Assembly (NCBI GenBank): GCA_044892505.1
Contig: CM097883.1
Coordinates: 80,848,001-80,912,000 of the forward strand
Origin: Schmidtea nova
Lineage: Eukaryota
Reading direction: 5' to 3'
DNA: 64,000 nucleotides
Program-made: the position numbers and the translations under genes
Shown here: positions 13,909 to 27,365 of the stretch, piece by piece
Position numbering within the stretch: position 1 is the stretch's first letter
How the letters are laid out: each line of letters starts with the position of its first letter
The notes under the pieces: model-generated
Database searches by the model: none
What the model was told of the DNA's origin: nothing
What the model saw: only the letters and a program-made list of their open reading frames with translations

Positions 13909-14307
13909 CTCAGCAATGTTTATTAAATGAAATATTTCGATCTAAAAAAGATCCTGATCACTCCAATACGAAATTCTTTCCAATAGATTTATTGCTTGAT
14001 ATTTTCTTTCTCCTGAATTCTGATTTAAAATTAATTAGTGAAACAAATTAAGCTTTATTCTGAAGAAATAAAATAATATTTATTTATTAATTTTCAATAA
14101 TTAGAGCGTTTTTTCTTTAAAAAAATTAAAAAAATCTTTATGAATTTCTCAAGGATAAATCTCATTTTGAATTTTAATTTTTAACATTTTATTCTTAGCT
14201 ATTATGAAGACGACGTTAATCTGGCTCAGATTGAAATTATAAATGCAAATTGTTTTGTCGTTAGTAGAGTTTTTTAAAATATAATAATAAGGTAACAGTG
14301 TTAAGTC

Positions 14308-14487
14308 NNNNNNNNNNNNNNNNNNNNNNNNNNNNNNNNNNNNNNNNNNNNNNNNNNNNNNNNNNNNNNNNNNNNNNNNNNNNNNNNNNNNNNNNNNNNN
14401 NNNNNNNNNNNNNNNNNNNNNNNNNNNNNNNNNNNNNNNNNNNNNNNNNNNNNNNNNNNNNNNNNNNNNNNNNNNNNNNNNNNNNNN
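14308..14487. other. Assembly gap (N run)
   Basis: Run of N. Confidence 1.
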
Positions 14488-14945
14488 TTTTTATTGTTAA
14501 TATTATTAATTATTATTTTATTTTTATTGCTATTAATTATTTTTATTATTATTATTATTATTATTATTTAAGCAAACATGGCAATGATTTAATTCAAGTA
14601 AAACGTCATTTATATAACAACCGAACAATATATTTCGACAGACTCTGCCATCATCAGATGTCCATAAAAATATGCTAAATTTAGGCTAAACAAACAAATT
14701 AGAAAATATAATTAGATAAATATTATTAAATTGTTTTATTTTTTTAAAATTTTATACCCAAACATTTTTAAAAATATACAATTTAATTTGTCAAGCAACA
14801 AACCACAAATTAATTTTTAAAAATAATTAATTATTTAAAATTTCCAAAATATTTAAAACAAATATATATTTTTAAACAAAGAAAATTATGTATTAAATTT
14901 TAACCAAAATATACTAATTCAATTCAATACAACAAAATACACAAA

Positions 14946-15600
14946 CTATTTAAAAACATTCAAAATGCACGTGTTCACAGAATTCTGTACATTAATTTTA
15001 GGATTCAACGATCTCATCAACAACGCTTCACATATAATGGGTTTATAATGATTATTAAGATTTTTCGATAAGATTTTAAAATCAGATATATCAATCTTTC
15101 TGTTACAGATTTTATTATTATCACTAATATTGGACACTCCTTTCGTTCGACCATGTTCAAGAACTCGAGTACAGAGATGACGGGTAATCTCTCTAATGTA
15201 TGTAACATTACACCCATTATATGTAAATTGATAAACGATATTTGAACACAATCCAGCCGGAATTTGTGACTTATTAAAAAACACACTACTCACTTTGTAC
15301 GAATTGGAGACAATCCTAAAGTTTAAACCACTCAATTGCTTTCCTATCTTCCTTTTATACCCTCCGAAACCGACAATACCATCGTGAATTTAGGATTTTA
15401 TTGTTTGAAAGATCCTATGCTACTATTCACTACATCATCCAAATTATCATTATTATTACAATCACGTTTACAAGGATCATTAGGATTATTTATACCGTAT
15501 TATTTAACCGTTTGTCTCATCATTATTATCATCAAAAATAGTTTTGAATAACCATTCTTTATTAACAGTTCCTCTAGTGTATCTATACTTTTTATAGAAA
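14946..15600 (-). pseudogene. Penelope-like element 3' part: RT thumb plus GIY-YIG endonuclease
   Basis: LLIKNGYSK, then SNIVYQFTYNGCNVTYIREITRHLCTRVLEH and ICEALLMRSLNPKINVQ. Confidence 0.85.
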
Positions 15601-15735
15601 TTTTGAAAGTAGAAGACAAACAGTTAACAAAACAAGACTTTATAGAACTTCTAAAATTAGCAATAAATTCAGATATTGTCATAATTAAAGAAAAACCATT
15701 CAAAAAAATTCATGGATTAGCCATGGGTAATCTGT
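15600..15735 (+). pseudogene. Inverted Penelope RT fragment
   Basis: Plus-strand LTKQDFIELLKLAINSDIVIIKEKPFKKIHGLAMGN. Confidence 0.65.
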
Positions 15736-16421
15736 AAACTTGCAAACATGACGTATGAGTCTCATTATCGCCCCTGTGCACTAGTAATTAGCTTCACACA
15801 GAAACTGTTTGCAAGCGGACCTGTCTTATTTTATTTATTATTTCAATCACTTCAAATGTTTATCGGATGATGATTAATAATTCACTAATTGAATAAAAAG
15901 AAATATATTAATTTTTTTCGGTACTTAAAAATGGCTAAATAGTCATAAATAAAGAAGACTCTTAACGACTCTTATTGAATGAAAACCGCTTTATTTCTGA
16001 CAAAGATTATTGTTCTGCACTCCTATAACATATTCGCTTAATTTTCGTTCTTAATTGAAGTAGATGTGAATCTTTTTCCTAAATATACTTTAAATCGTTC
16101 TTATAGATAGCCTTATTTTAGTCTTTCTTTCCCGTAATTTATGCTCTTTGGTTTATAGGTTAGTTTTTTATGAATCATGGAAATCTAAATCAATGTCGTT
16201 TTGGATTTAATTAACAAAATCTTGAAACCGAGAATTATGATGATTAAAATATATCAAATTCCTTACACTCTGATCAGCTTCCAAAACCATTTTTATCAAA
16301 AATCCCTGCGCTCCATCCGACAATATTCACCTCACATAAAATCACAACATTTTGCTTCTTTTTAATTAAATGATTATCCAATAAAATGAATATATAATCG
16401 AATCATAAATTGACTATTTAA

Positions 16422-17331
16422 CTCTCCCTTTATATTTGGGGTCAAAATTGTCCCAGGCCGAATTTAGATTAAAATAATTAAAAAACTTGTTGATAGATTG
16501 GGCTGATATTTGTTGACTTTTTAAATGCACATTCAAAGAGTAAAAGAACGGTATTTTTGAAAGTTGTTATCCATCCATCATCATTTAATTGCTAATCTTT
16601 CAAAATTTTAATTGAGTTTTTTTTCAAGAAAATGACCGAAAGAGATTCAGGGATGAGGTTTTTGATAATTTTGAGGACTTAACGGATATCGAAGATGAAG
16701 AATCAGCAGAAATCGAACAACAATTAGGAGAAAATGATGAAATTGAAGATAGTGATGATGAAATCCCTCAAAATGATACTTTGGTTAGTAAATCTGGCGA
16801 AATAGTTTTGTCAATATCTGAAGAACCTTCTCGAAGACTTCTAGCTAGAAATATAATACGAGAACAAGCACGAATATTGATCGAATCTGAGATTATTTTC
16901 AACAATTTTGTTGCAGCGAAATTCTCGACATAACGATAAAGCATACTAATGAAAAGGCCGCTAAGACAAAACTTGATCATCAATGTTGAACCATCTACTT
17001 CTTCAGAAAAAAGGAAAAGAGAAAGATGTTTTTACTGCCCTCGTAATTTAGGTAGAAAAAGCAATGTTAATTGTAATGATTGTGCTAATTGTGTTTGTAA
17101 GGAACATTGCAGCCAAAAAGTGTTGTGCAATTCTTGCTCAGGTGCAACTCGTGATGATGAAAGTGATGATTGTGATTATGAATAGCCTTAAAATTGATGT
17201 AATTTGCTTAAATTGATAACCTTCTCATTAAATACATAAAGTTTCATGTTTTTTAAAAAAAGTTTTCTATTTGGGACATTTTTGACCCCAGATATAATAT
17301 AAGCAATTTTTTATCTGATATAAAGGAAGAG
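16422..17331 (+). mobile_element. Internally deleted piggyBac element
   Basis: TTAA on both flanks. TIRs CTCT(C/T)CCTTTATAT. Subterminal IR TGGGGTCAAAA..GTCCCA. Acidic N-terminus joined directly to the Cys-rich tail RCFYCPRNLGRKSNVNCNDCANCVCKEHC. Confidence 0.9.
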
Positions 17332-17682
17332 TTAACATCAAGTAGAAAATAACGATTGAAATACACACTGAAAATTGGTGTTGTATATATAATGTGAAAA
17401 CTTTTGATTTACATGTCTTAGAAAATGAAAATATCTGAAATAGAAAAGAATATTAAAGTTGTCACATCGATTGTCTCTTATTGTGAGTAAATGAGAGATT
17501 TCGTAAATTCTTAATAGTTTTATGTTTTATAAAGATATTTTAAATTTATAGTAGTAATTGTAATGATGCAGATTCTTGTGCGTCATGACCTATGACATCA
17601 TAGGTTAATGGCAACGTATTATTTCAATAAATATTACGTTGCGTTAAATAAATCTCATGATTCTTCCATTTGTCTTTTAATA

Positions 17683-18316
17683 ATGGATGTACAAGCTATC
17701 TGGGCTATATTGAAAAATATTGAGATCTTCCCTAGGTATTCGGGAGAAAGAGATGTTGTCAAGTGGACACAGGAATTTGAATTGAATAGTCAATAGCTAG
17801 GAGCCTTCTCACATGGGTAAGCTACTTCCCTTGCGTTTACAAGGAGCAGCTTTAGTCATATGGCGCTATTAGACAGATCTCGCAAAGAGCAGCTACTCGG
17901 ACTCGAAGGTTACTCTGTTGAAGACTTTCGGTTTAAGCCCGTTCGCTGCATTCGAAGCATTTAAATTGAGGAGATAACAATCAGGCGAAACTGTGGACCC
18001 ATATTTTAGCTCTTAAAAACGCCTCGGGGAGCTGGCAAGAACAGGCAATGAAGGAATCGTCGTGGCTTTCGTTGTTGGTCTCCCAGCCGCAGTTTCGAAA
18101 GCATTGCAAATTACGGGGATGAGCGGCAAGGAGTTTTTAATCGAAAAAGCTCAAATACTACTGGAGGGTAAAATTCCAAGTGAAGCGCAAAACTGGAAAA
18201 CCGAAGCTATGAGCGCTATTGCATCGAAAAAGAAATTCAAATGTTTCACATGTGGTAAAGAAGATCATTTCGCCAGAGACTGTCGGCGTCCGGAAAACTT
18301 CGTGGGGAAGCAATAA
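17683..18316 (+). pseudogene. gag with CCHC zinc knuckle
   Basis: FPRYSGERDVVKW..., AFVVGLP and CFTCGKEDHFARDC. Stops and frameshifts present. Confidence 0.85.
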
Positions 18317-18345
18317 GCGCCGGCAGTTTCCCTCAGAACAACAAG

Positions 18346-18800
18346 GTGTCAAGCGTCAGGATGATTAATGTACGAATCGAGGGAAAACACTTTATTGCTT
18401 TGATAGAATCAGGCAGTCCTCAGTCGATTCTGCAAAAATATCGGTTCAATGGAAACTTCGTGTCTAGTAAATGGATCGTTACTGTTGATGATCGAAAATT
18501 AGAATGTCGGGAATCCTCACCAGTCGATCTCACAATTCAAGGCTCTTCAATTGTTTTATCGTGCTTGGTGGTGGATGAGTTGCCAATGGACATTGATCTC
18601 ATTTTAGGAATGGACGCAATTGTTCGAATGGGCGACTTATACATCGATGGAAATAAAGCTATTTTCAGGAACCCAGTATCGTTGGCGGCGCCATTGTGTC
18701 TCACTGAATGCATCGACGACGATGATTTTGAAGCCAATCTTGATGGGAAAAATGGAGTACATTGGAAGTGGTTTGGAGGGTCACTGACGCTGAGAAATCA
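18346..18800 (+). pseudogene. Retroviral-type aspartic protease
   Basis: INVRIEGKHFIALIESGSPQSIL (degenerate LxDSG) and DLILGMDAI. Confidence 0.8.
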
Positions 18801-18953
18801 ACGCGGGATGTACCATTTGAAAGAACATGTGAACGTGGATCTTTTTCTTTCAATTGTAGATTGCGGGCTTAGCATATTTTGCATCTGGAAGAAAATTTCT
18901 AATGACGATTCTGTTTTTATTATCAATATACTGGGTTTCGGGAAAAGAGTTCA

Positions 18954-19458
18954 GTGAAAGAAATTCTGTCGGATATCGGGACGAACTTTCGATCTGTAGA
19001 GTTCAAACGTTTTGCAGATATGTGGGACGAATATCTAAAATATCGTTTCGCCTACAGTCACAAAGGGAATGACATTACAGAAAGAAACCACAGAACTATC
19101 AAGCGGATAGTTGCAAGATCAAGCTGTGACCCGCTAATCGCGGTTTTCTTTTATAATATCACTCCTCATTCAGGCTTGGAGGAACGTTGGAGGTATGGAG
19201 GATAATACAGTACCTGAAAAGATGCATTTTGGTCGAACGTTGAGGTGTCCAAAATTTCTGGGGGACAAAGACGAATTTCATAGCCACGGCAATTATGATT
19301 CAAAACAGTATGCTGTCAGGAAGCTCGTACTCGTCAAGCCACCGAATCGAAAACTCAACATATCTTTGACCATTGGTACGGTCAAAGTAGAAGTCGATGG
19401 CACTCCGAGACACGTCAGTCACCTTCGAAGGGTCTCCAACTGCGTTGATATTACTTAA
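18954..19458 (+). pseudogene. Integrase C-terminal fragment
   Basis: EILSDIGTNFRSVEFKRF and YSHKGNDITERNHRTIK. Confidence 0.85.
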
Positions 19459-21509
19459 CGAACAGAACTGATAAGCGACAAGGACCTAGATGATACAGAA
19501 TTTATTAGTGTAGTTTCACCAAGAACGAGAGCCTATGAAAGACTATGAAATTGATCCTAAGGTCACGGGATGAAGATTCTTGTTAGTCATGACCTATGAC
19601 ACCATAGGTTAATGGCAACGTAATATTTCATTAAATATTACGTTGCAGTTCTTCTTCGAGATATAAATAATTGTGCGTTAAATAAATATCATGATTCTTC
19701 CATTTGTCTTTTAGCAATGGATGCACAATAATATAATTTGTTATAAAATAAAATTATAGGATTTTTGTGAATTATTTGTTAAAGGTAAAATTTTACAAAT
19801 TCTTGTTTTAAAAAGTTTAAATTTAAAAAATAACAATTAACTCTTTCAATACAATTCTATCAAATAGATTGAATATTGTCTTTATCATCTGTTTTTCCCA
19901 TAATTTATGAATCTTTAACTTTAATTAAAGATGCAATTTGACTATTAACTTCAGAATAATTAATCATACCTTCTTCAAGCTTTCTAAATCTTGTTCCGTT
20001 ATCAATATAAAATCTCTACATCGTAAACAATCATCCAAAATGGGTATATTATTATCGTGATTATTCATATAAGCTTGGAGATCTTTGTTTTGATTGACTA
20101 AAAACTCATTTAATGTCCCAATCTCTGCTTGCTTTTCGGTGACACTGCTAGACAATGAAGCAGATATTTCTTTGGTTAAGATTTGTAAATCAGAATTCGT
20201 AAAACTTGTGTTTTCATTGCAATCATTATTTGTTGATAATCTAATTGGAACAGAAATCTACATTCATATTTACTACGCACAATATACATAGAATCACATC
20301 ATTACTCGATTTCCATTATTATCCTTTAATACAAATTTGCACGGTTTATCATTTTCTGTATATTCAGTGGGAAATAAAAAACATTTCATGATATTTATCA
20401 ATTGTATTTAAGCAGTAAAATTTTAATTACACTAATAAAAGAAAAAATTTCGCAAGCATATAAATATTAAATTATTTTTTATAATATTGTTTTTTATAGA
20501 TTGACTAGGAGAAAAAATAATTTGATTTCTTAAAATTTTTAGATAAATTTGAAATATTTCATATTTTGTAAATTATATAAACAAAGATATATTATTAATT
20601 TGATATTGTTTGAAGAAAATTAATTAAATTACTCATATGTAGTCAAAAATTTGATCAATAAAAATAATTGTATAGTTTTTTAGATAATAATGTTTTCATT
20701 AGTTTTGCTTTAGTGCATTTTTTCAACTCCAATTTAAGTTGTAAATGATTTAAGAACAAGATTTTAACTTTCGGTTTATCTAAATGTTGACACAAACACT
20801 TAACCCATCTAGCATATGTTTAATAGCTATTTTCAAGCCGTTTTTAAAAAACCCTTTTAATTACTATTTACTAAATTTTAGAAGATTTGTGAAACTAAGA
20901 ACTTTGTATAATTGTTGGATTTGTTCATTATGTTCCGTTCAACTCTTGGTACACCTAGGGAGAGAAACTGTGGTTAATACTGATGAGTTGTTTGTTTTGA
21001 GTCGGTTTATTATCTGACTTCTCGGGCTCCTATAATTGAGAAATCGCCAAAGCCCAATACAACAAATTTTATTAAATTCCATTAATATACAATGATAACA
21101 TTTAGATTTTCTGCACAAACACAGCACTCTCTTTTCTGTTTAGCGATAGTGTTTGGTCTACCAAAGGTAGATAGCTTTTTCTAGTGCGCTTCTTGATTCG
21201 CTAATGTTGAATTCCACACAATCATCTTTTTAGTTTAATTACCAAATGTGGTTTTCAATACAGGATAAACTAATAAGTTTTGTCCAGTGCTCATACTCAG
21301 CTTTACAATGCTGTAATGAGTGTATAGGTCTGCAACCTTGTGTGTCTATGCTATATATGTTGTAGATTTGTAAAATTAAAAAAATGACTTATTAATAATT
21401 TTGAACATTGCTATTAATTTTGATATATCTTACATGGATTAGGCACTTTTAATAAATTTCTTGTTTGACTGAAATACTTTTTGTTTTCATTAGAATACGT
21501 CGATTTGAA

Positions 21510-21940
21510 ATGAATTTCGCACGAGAGGATATCCGCAAGTTAATCTACTACAATTGGAAACGTGGATGAGTGCCTTCCCAGATTGCAAATGAAATACATT
21601 TGACACTGGGAAAAGACACAACAACTCTTGATATCAACGACAAAATTCTAGCTCTTTTGGAGGAGCACATCATTACTGTGGAAATGAGCGTGAAGCTTGG
21701 AGTTTGCCAGCAGACAATTCGAAATCATCTGCTTGCAATGGGCATGCGTTACCAGTGCAACCACTGGGTCCCACACAAGTTGTCCGAGCAACAAATAGCT
21801 AACGGTGAAAAAATATGCAACGAGTTGCTGTTCAAGTATGCTGCTAATGACTTCCTCAGTCAGCTCATTACAATGGACGAAGTCTGGATCTATTGGAACA
21901 ACGACGGAACCTATCACCACCGTTTGTGGAGAGGCGCAGG
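21510..21940 (+). pseudogene. Truncated mariner transposase
   Basis: REDIRKLIYYNWKRG*VPSQIANEI (HTH), WVPHKLS and LITMDEVWIY (first catalytic D). Internally deleted and 3' truncated. Confidence 0.88.
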
Positions 21941-22102
21941 TTTCGTGTCTTTCGATTCTTTTAAACATTGCAAACTTGGTTGATACATTTTCCTATCTTT
22001 GTAAAAAAATCTTTTAACATCTCCTATAGTCGTATTATCACAAAGATTCGGATATGTTCCTAGAACTTTTCCACTTCTAATATCTTTAAATTGAACTTCC
22101 AT
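21941..22102 (-). pseudogene. TECR: Possible 5' fragment of very-long-chain enoyl-CoA reductase (ubiquitin-like N-terminus)
   Basis: MEVQFKDIRSGKVLGTYPNLCDNTTIGDVKRFFYKDRKMYQPSLQCLKESKDTK resembles the TECR N-terminus as recalled (EVEILDAK..ATIAEIK..WYPARQSLR). Splice acceptor just upstream of the ATG. No downstream TECR exons recognised. Confidence 0.5.
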
Positions 22103-23019
22103 TTGGCTGTCAAATCAAATTAAAACTTCATATACAACGGAACAGTTTAATATGATATTTAAATGTTTATTATCAACACGGATTGTTTTGTTTATCAATT
22201 TTGAAAAGATTTTTAAATAAATTTCAAAAGAAGCAATTTACACAACATTTTTTATTATATTTTCCAAAAAACTAAATTCTAATTTACAAATTATGATTAT
22301 ATAAACAACTGGTTTATATCAAAATAAAAAGTTAATCAAAAATAAAATAAAAAAGACCAATTTGCCATTTCAAAATATATTTATTGGAAATATATTTCGA
22401 TGGTATAACTATCATCTTCAGTCCTAAAATTATCGATTATTTAAACAAATTATGCGGTCAAATATAAGTAACTATTATACGCATTGTGCAAATTTAAAGA
22501 ATGAAAAATAAAATATTTTTCTTCTTTCACTCTCTTCTAATTAAACACACTCAATAGATTTGTTGTCTCACTTTGTAAATTAATCTTTGGATCCAAAGAT
22601 CCTGAATAACATAATAATGAAAATAATTAATAATAAATAATTTTAATTATATATCCATTCATTGGTAATAAAATTAACGTGCATCAAAAATAAAATACTC
22701 CACATGGGTAGTGAGGGCATGACTCACTAGCCATGTTCCAACGAGCAATATCCTTACATGAAGAATATAAAAATTGGTTGATTCTTGATTATTTGAGAAT
22801 TGTCTCTTCCTAGATCCTTTGTTGTAAATAAGCAGTGTTGGTTCCTACTTAAACGTTTTCTTGCTTGACCGTAAGTTTTAATATAATTTTCTCGTAGAGA
22901 TTGCCCTCTGAAGTTCTTCAACTTGGTAGTCCAAAATCCTGATAATTCTGATTTTGATGTTGGTATTTATAGGAAATTTTGTGGTTTGTGTTCGTTGATG
23001 CATTAAAAAAAATTGTTCT

Positions 23020-23480
23020 GGAAGGAATTTTCAATCCTTTAAAATTAAATTTATTAATTTTACGAAAAATCAAATTATTTTTGTATAAAACTTTTTAGAA
23101 AACTCTAAATAATTAATTTTTAATCCAAAATTTTACTTTTGAATTAAAGTTTTTTTAATTTAGTTTAATTTACTAAATTTTCATCTAAAACAAATTTCTT
23201 TCACATTTTATGAGTTTTTAAGATAAAATCAAAATTTTAATTCTAAAAATGTGTTAATTTTTCTTAATTTGTAATTTTATTCCATAATTGATGTTTTTAT
23301 GTTATATGTGTTTTTCACGTGTATATTTGATGCGCTTTTGTTCATTTCAATTTTTAAACATATTTTATTAAATTAATTCGGTATTTTGTGATTACTATAA
23401 CAATGGAATTTTAAATTAACTTCTTGCGTGCTCTATACGTGCTGTATTACTGCTTCATTCAAAAAACCCTCAGTTTTTGC
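23020..23480. repeat. Dispersed repeat; second copy at ~38130-38570
   Basis: Shared blocks ATGCGCTTT(T)G(T)TTCATT, TG(C)G(T/C)GCTCT(A/C)TAC(G/A)TGCTGTATTAC and CAGTTTTTG. Confidence 0.75.
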
Positions 23481-23816
23481 TCAACAAAACTAACAAATTT
23501 AATTTAATTCTATTTTCATTCTTATCTCTGTTATTTTTACGATATTTCAATAAGAATGTTTTCTTTATTCTAATACAAAGTTTATTTTTTGATCATTCTT
23601 TTCGAATTCACTATAAAACCAATGATCTTACACATTCAATTCTCGTGCGGTCCTTCGTATGCAAATTTGACCTGCACTCAAATTGTGGGCTTTTTTTAAG
23701 ATGATTTTTTCTATCATTTCATCCTATCTCAACCGACTTATGGAATGCGGTTCGTATGACTACTATTTGTACTTTATTGTTTTATAACGAAGAATAACTA
23801 GAGAGACAGAGCGACA
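23480..23816 (-). mobile_element. 5' fragment of an LTR related to 2729-6832, inverted
   Basis: Reverse complement matches ~2850-3175, e.g. TTCTCGTGCGGTCCTTCGT and GACCTGCACTCAAAT. Begins TGTCGC on the minus strand. Confidence 0.75.
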
Positions 23817-24243
23817 GTAAAATATATGAAAGAGAAATTCAAAACTATTCATATCAAATTTGGTTGCTTCGTAAAGCACTTAAGAAGATTGTCTTAGCTA
23901 AAGTTTAATTTGAATATATTCGTTGCTCTTTGTAGCATTTAAGAAGACAAGTGAACCAAAAGTAATTGGTTGTATTTTTAATCTTTTTTGCTAAAATAAA
24001 AGTGAACCAACTGTTTGATTTGTTGTGTTCATTAGGGTTGCGTTAAAATACAAACTTTCTTACACCTTTTTGATTTATTGGAACAGTGTGAGCCTGTAGC
24101 ACCACCGGTCACTTCTTGTAAACCCTTTTGTGGTATTTCATACCATTTGTTGTAATTACCTTTAATATACTCACATATTTACTGTATAAATGGAAATGAA
24201 AATATTATTAATCGAACACTTCCTTTTTTGTTATTTATTTATA

Positions 24244-24277
<34 letters not shown>

Positions 24278-24769
24278 TTTGGAGTCAGACCTGTCTTAAG
24301 GTCGAGATATCCTCAAATTATTTACACAATTCTTAACGATCTTAACCTTCACGCACCTAAGCGAAGTGCATTTGTACCCCAAATTACTTATTTGTTAAAT
24401 GATAATAATTTGTAATATGATAATGATATGCATCTGATATTTTGTGTAATCTACAAAGTTATCATAATGAACAGAATGCAACGTATCAGTCGTAAAAACA
24501 CTGTATTTTTGTGCGCGTGAACGAGCGAAAGCATATGGGAGATGCTTGCGCAACGGAACGGCGAAGGGTTATATGTTTAGTTCAGTTGTGAATTACCGTT
24601 CAATGGTGTTGGTCGTTTGTATCGTAATTTTCCTCCGATGGTGGTAATAATCACGTTCAATTCAACAGATCGGTAAGCATATAATAAAATATATTGAATT
24701 TTATCAATTATTTACTATATATATTTTTTATCAATTTTAAATTTAAGCTCTTTTCATAATGGATGATTA

Positions 24770-25283
24770 TGAAGATTTGCTCAATTCATTGAAAGAAGAG
24801 ATTGATAGTGATGAAGATTACAAATAAGACTAAGAATTAGGGCTACAAGGCAATGGCTGTTCCGAATATTTAAAGAACTTCTAGATATAGCAGCTCTAAA
24901 TGCATATATTATTTGGACTTAAAATTATCCAGAATGGAGAGCAAATGACTGTAGTCGCTGTAAGAAATTTATTAGACAAATAAGCTTGGAAATTTCTCAA
25001 CCTAATGTACTTTCACGGAAAATAGTGGTAAAATTACTAACAAAGCAATTATATATGCAATGGATACTTTTTTGGCTGTTACTGATATCAGTTCAGCTTC
25101 CGTAAATGTTTACGAAAGTACGTGCACTGCTAATGCAAAATCATCTAGTTGTGCTTTTTGTCCAAGAAATCGTGACGGGAAAACTCGTATATTTTGCTAT
25201 AAATGCAAAAAAGCCATTTGCAGTGTTCAAAGCGGAAAACAGATATCTTGCGAGGATTGTCATAGAACGTTAGCTGAATAATT
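24770..25283 (+). pseudogene. piggyBac transposase C-terminal remnant
   Basis: RATRQWLFRIFKELLDIAALNAYIIW and Cys-rich tail CAFCPRNRDGKTRIFCYKCKKAIC. piggyBac-like ends at ~24342 (TTAACCTTC) and ~26005 (CGAAGGG). Confidence 0.8.
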
Positions 25284-25650
25284 GATATTTTTATGCCAGT
25301 AATTGTTTATAATATTTTGTAATATTTTTTATTATTGTTTATTATATTTTCAGATTTATTTAAGTCGATGCTTCAAACCGGAACCGAACTAAAAACCGGT
25401 GAGGAACCGGAAATATATTTTTTAATTGAACTGGGACAAAACCCTAAATTAAAAAAAATTATGATTTGGAACCCAGATTTACACACACACACATATATTT
25501 TGTTGTTTTTATTTGGCTTTCTATAGTTATTTGCTATAGAAAGCAAAATTCAAAATTTGAATTTGAATTATTATTTTTAATTAATTTAATGTACAAAAAC
25601 AATAAAAATTAACCACAGGGGGAATATATACCACACAAATCTTGAACATT

Positions 25651-25688
<38 letters not shown>

Positions 25689-26923
25689 TTAATAAATAAT
25701 TTTAATTTGTAGCCTTACTAAAAAATACTGACTGACTGACTGACCTTGTTGATATTTACGTGCTTAGAGTCGAGCAAGTGTCGTTCAGTTCTCGCTTGCA
25801 TATTTCCGCTGAAACACGCTCGAAGAGAATTGTTTATAAATGATTCAATATCAATAAAATGCATTTTAAATAAAGAAGAACATGCTCAAAATGAAAAACT
25901 GCATTAATTTTACTTTGATTTTGACTTATAGTTCATTATTACACAGTTTTAATCCGGGGTAATTTTGTACACCGTACTGTTCTCGAGGTATCGGCACTCG
26001 AAGGGTAACAAAAGTCAGCAAACGATGATAGTATAAAAGACGACGAACTAGAACAGTGAATTTAGATCATGTGAACATCTTATTTATTTTTATTTTGTAA
26101 TAAGCTGTCTAATAAATGTAAACTAACTGCGGTTTGTTTGCATTTTTCTTTTGTTTGGATAATGTTAAATTCATTGACTTTTGTTTAGTAACGGTTAGTT
26201 TAAAGTCAAGGGATATAATACAGACGCCACTTTTCCATAGTGGAATCTTAAGCTAATTGAATAGACCCTAAGGAATTACCTGTACGTCTCTATTTCGGTT
26301 TTCAAGTTCTGGATACCTTTGTCTGCTCGTAATAGTTTAAATCGGGCGGCCTACACTTTAGTCGGAGAAAAATACTGACTTTAACTCAATGATGCGGAGC
26401 TTCAACCGCCCATTATTTTTCCAGTGGGTAGATAGTTACTTTCCTTGGTGGATTTCAGTTTCGTTCTGTTAATGAATATAATTTACTACGTCTTGTGTAG
26501 TAAACAAAATATTCTTTATCAGTCATTTTGCTACTCTTACCGCCTGCCTTTCACAGTTAGTGTTCTACGTTTATCATCTATCACTACAAAATCGGGAAGA
26601 CTGTGTTCAGATCTTTGTCGCGAAGAATTTTTGTCGCCGGCACCAAGATTGATTCTTAACGTCAGTTGGTTCCCCGTCATCATTTTTATTTTTACATAAC
26701 AATTTTTGGGACTATACTAAACTCTAACCCCTACTTCAAAGACGAATTACCACGAGTGGCTAGTATCAACCATTAACTGTAGCTAAAAATACTTCTCACT
26801 AGTTAAATATCTATTGAGTAAACGGTGAATAATTCCCGCCTAAACCGTACACATTGTTGAACATTACTTAATTAATGCTTTTAATATTTACAATAAAAAC
26901 AGTCAATCAACAAAAAATCATAT

Positions 26924-27365
26924 TTAACACAAAACAATTATTAAATAGAGGGATACACAATGAGATAAATTAGAATGTTCAGTTTTCCTAGGTGCATATA
27001 TAGAGTTGATTTTGTTCGGTCTAGCTCGACTCGGAGGGACTGCTGGCTGGCTGGAGGGTGCTGGGCTAAATACAAATCGGCCAATTTTAAGAAATTCATC
27101 GGTAGTAATAATATTCGAACGGATGAAATTTCGACCCGGAATATCACTAGTCGACTCCACAAAGAACTTTGGGCAATCAGCAAGATATTGGCAGTCCACA
27201 TCGATTAGCCAGGCTTGGCTACCATACCATGCAACCTCGTCCGAGCTATCACGGAACATACTGAATGGTGACAAATGCTCGTTGATGTTCGGCGACTATT
27301 TCGCTCACCAAGTCATTAGGGATATGTTTCTAAGGCATCGCCAGGATGGGATAATTGTCGTACAT
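26924..27365 (-). pseudogene. LTR-family small ORF type A (WxIDVD family), one stop plus a frameshift
   Basis: AG acceptor at 27374-27373 and ATG at 27365. MYDNYPILAMP*KHIPNDLVSEIVAEHQRAF..PFSMFRDSSDEVAWYGSQAWLIDVD..FVESTSDIPGR aligns with the ORF at 29832. Confidence 0.7.

Larger units (their letters stand above)
17559..19727 (+). mobile_element. Small Gypsy-type LTR retrotransposon with RT/RNase H deleted; LTRs ~17559-17693 and ~19562-19727
   Basis: Direct terminal repeats share GTCATGACCTATGACA..CATAGGTTAATGGCAACGT and end ATGGATG(T/C)ACA. Flanks GTAAT / ATAAT. Internal gag, protease and integrase remnants. Confidence 0.88.

Noticed and set aside
13614-14678. ORFs of 62-145 aa listed across the N runs (also 63513-63729)
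   Set aside because: Artefacts of translating through assembly gaps.
19860-21360. Cys-containing minus-strand frames (ECCVCAEN, KCYHC) suggesting a RING/RBR gene
   Set aside because: No complete Cys/His pattern, many stops and no consistent splice model.
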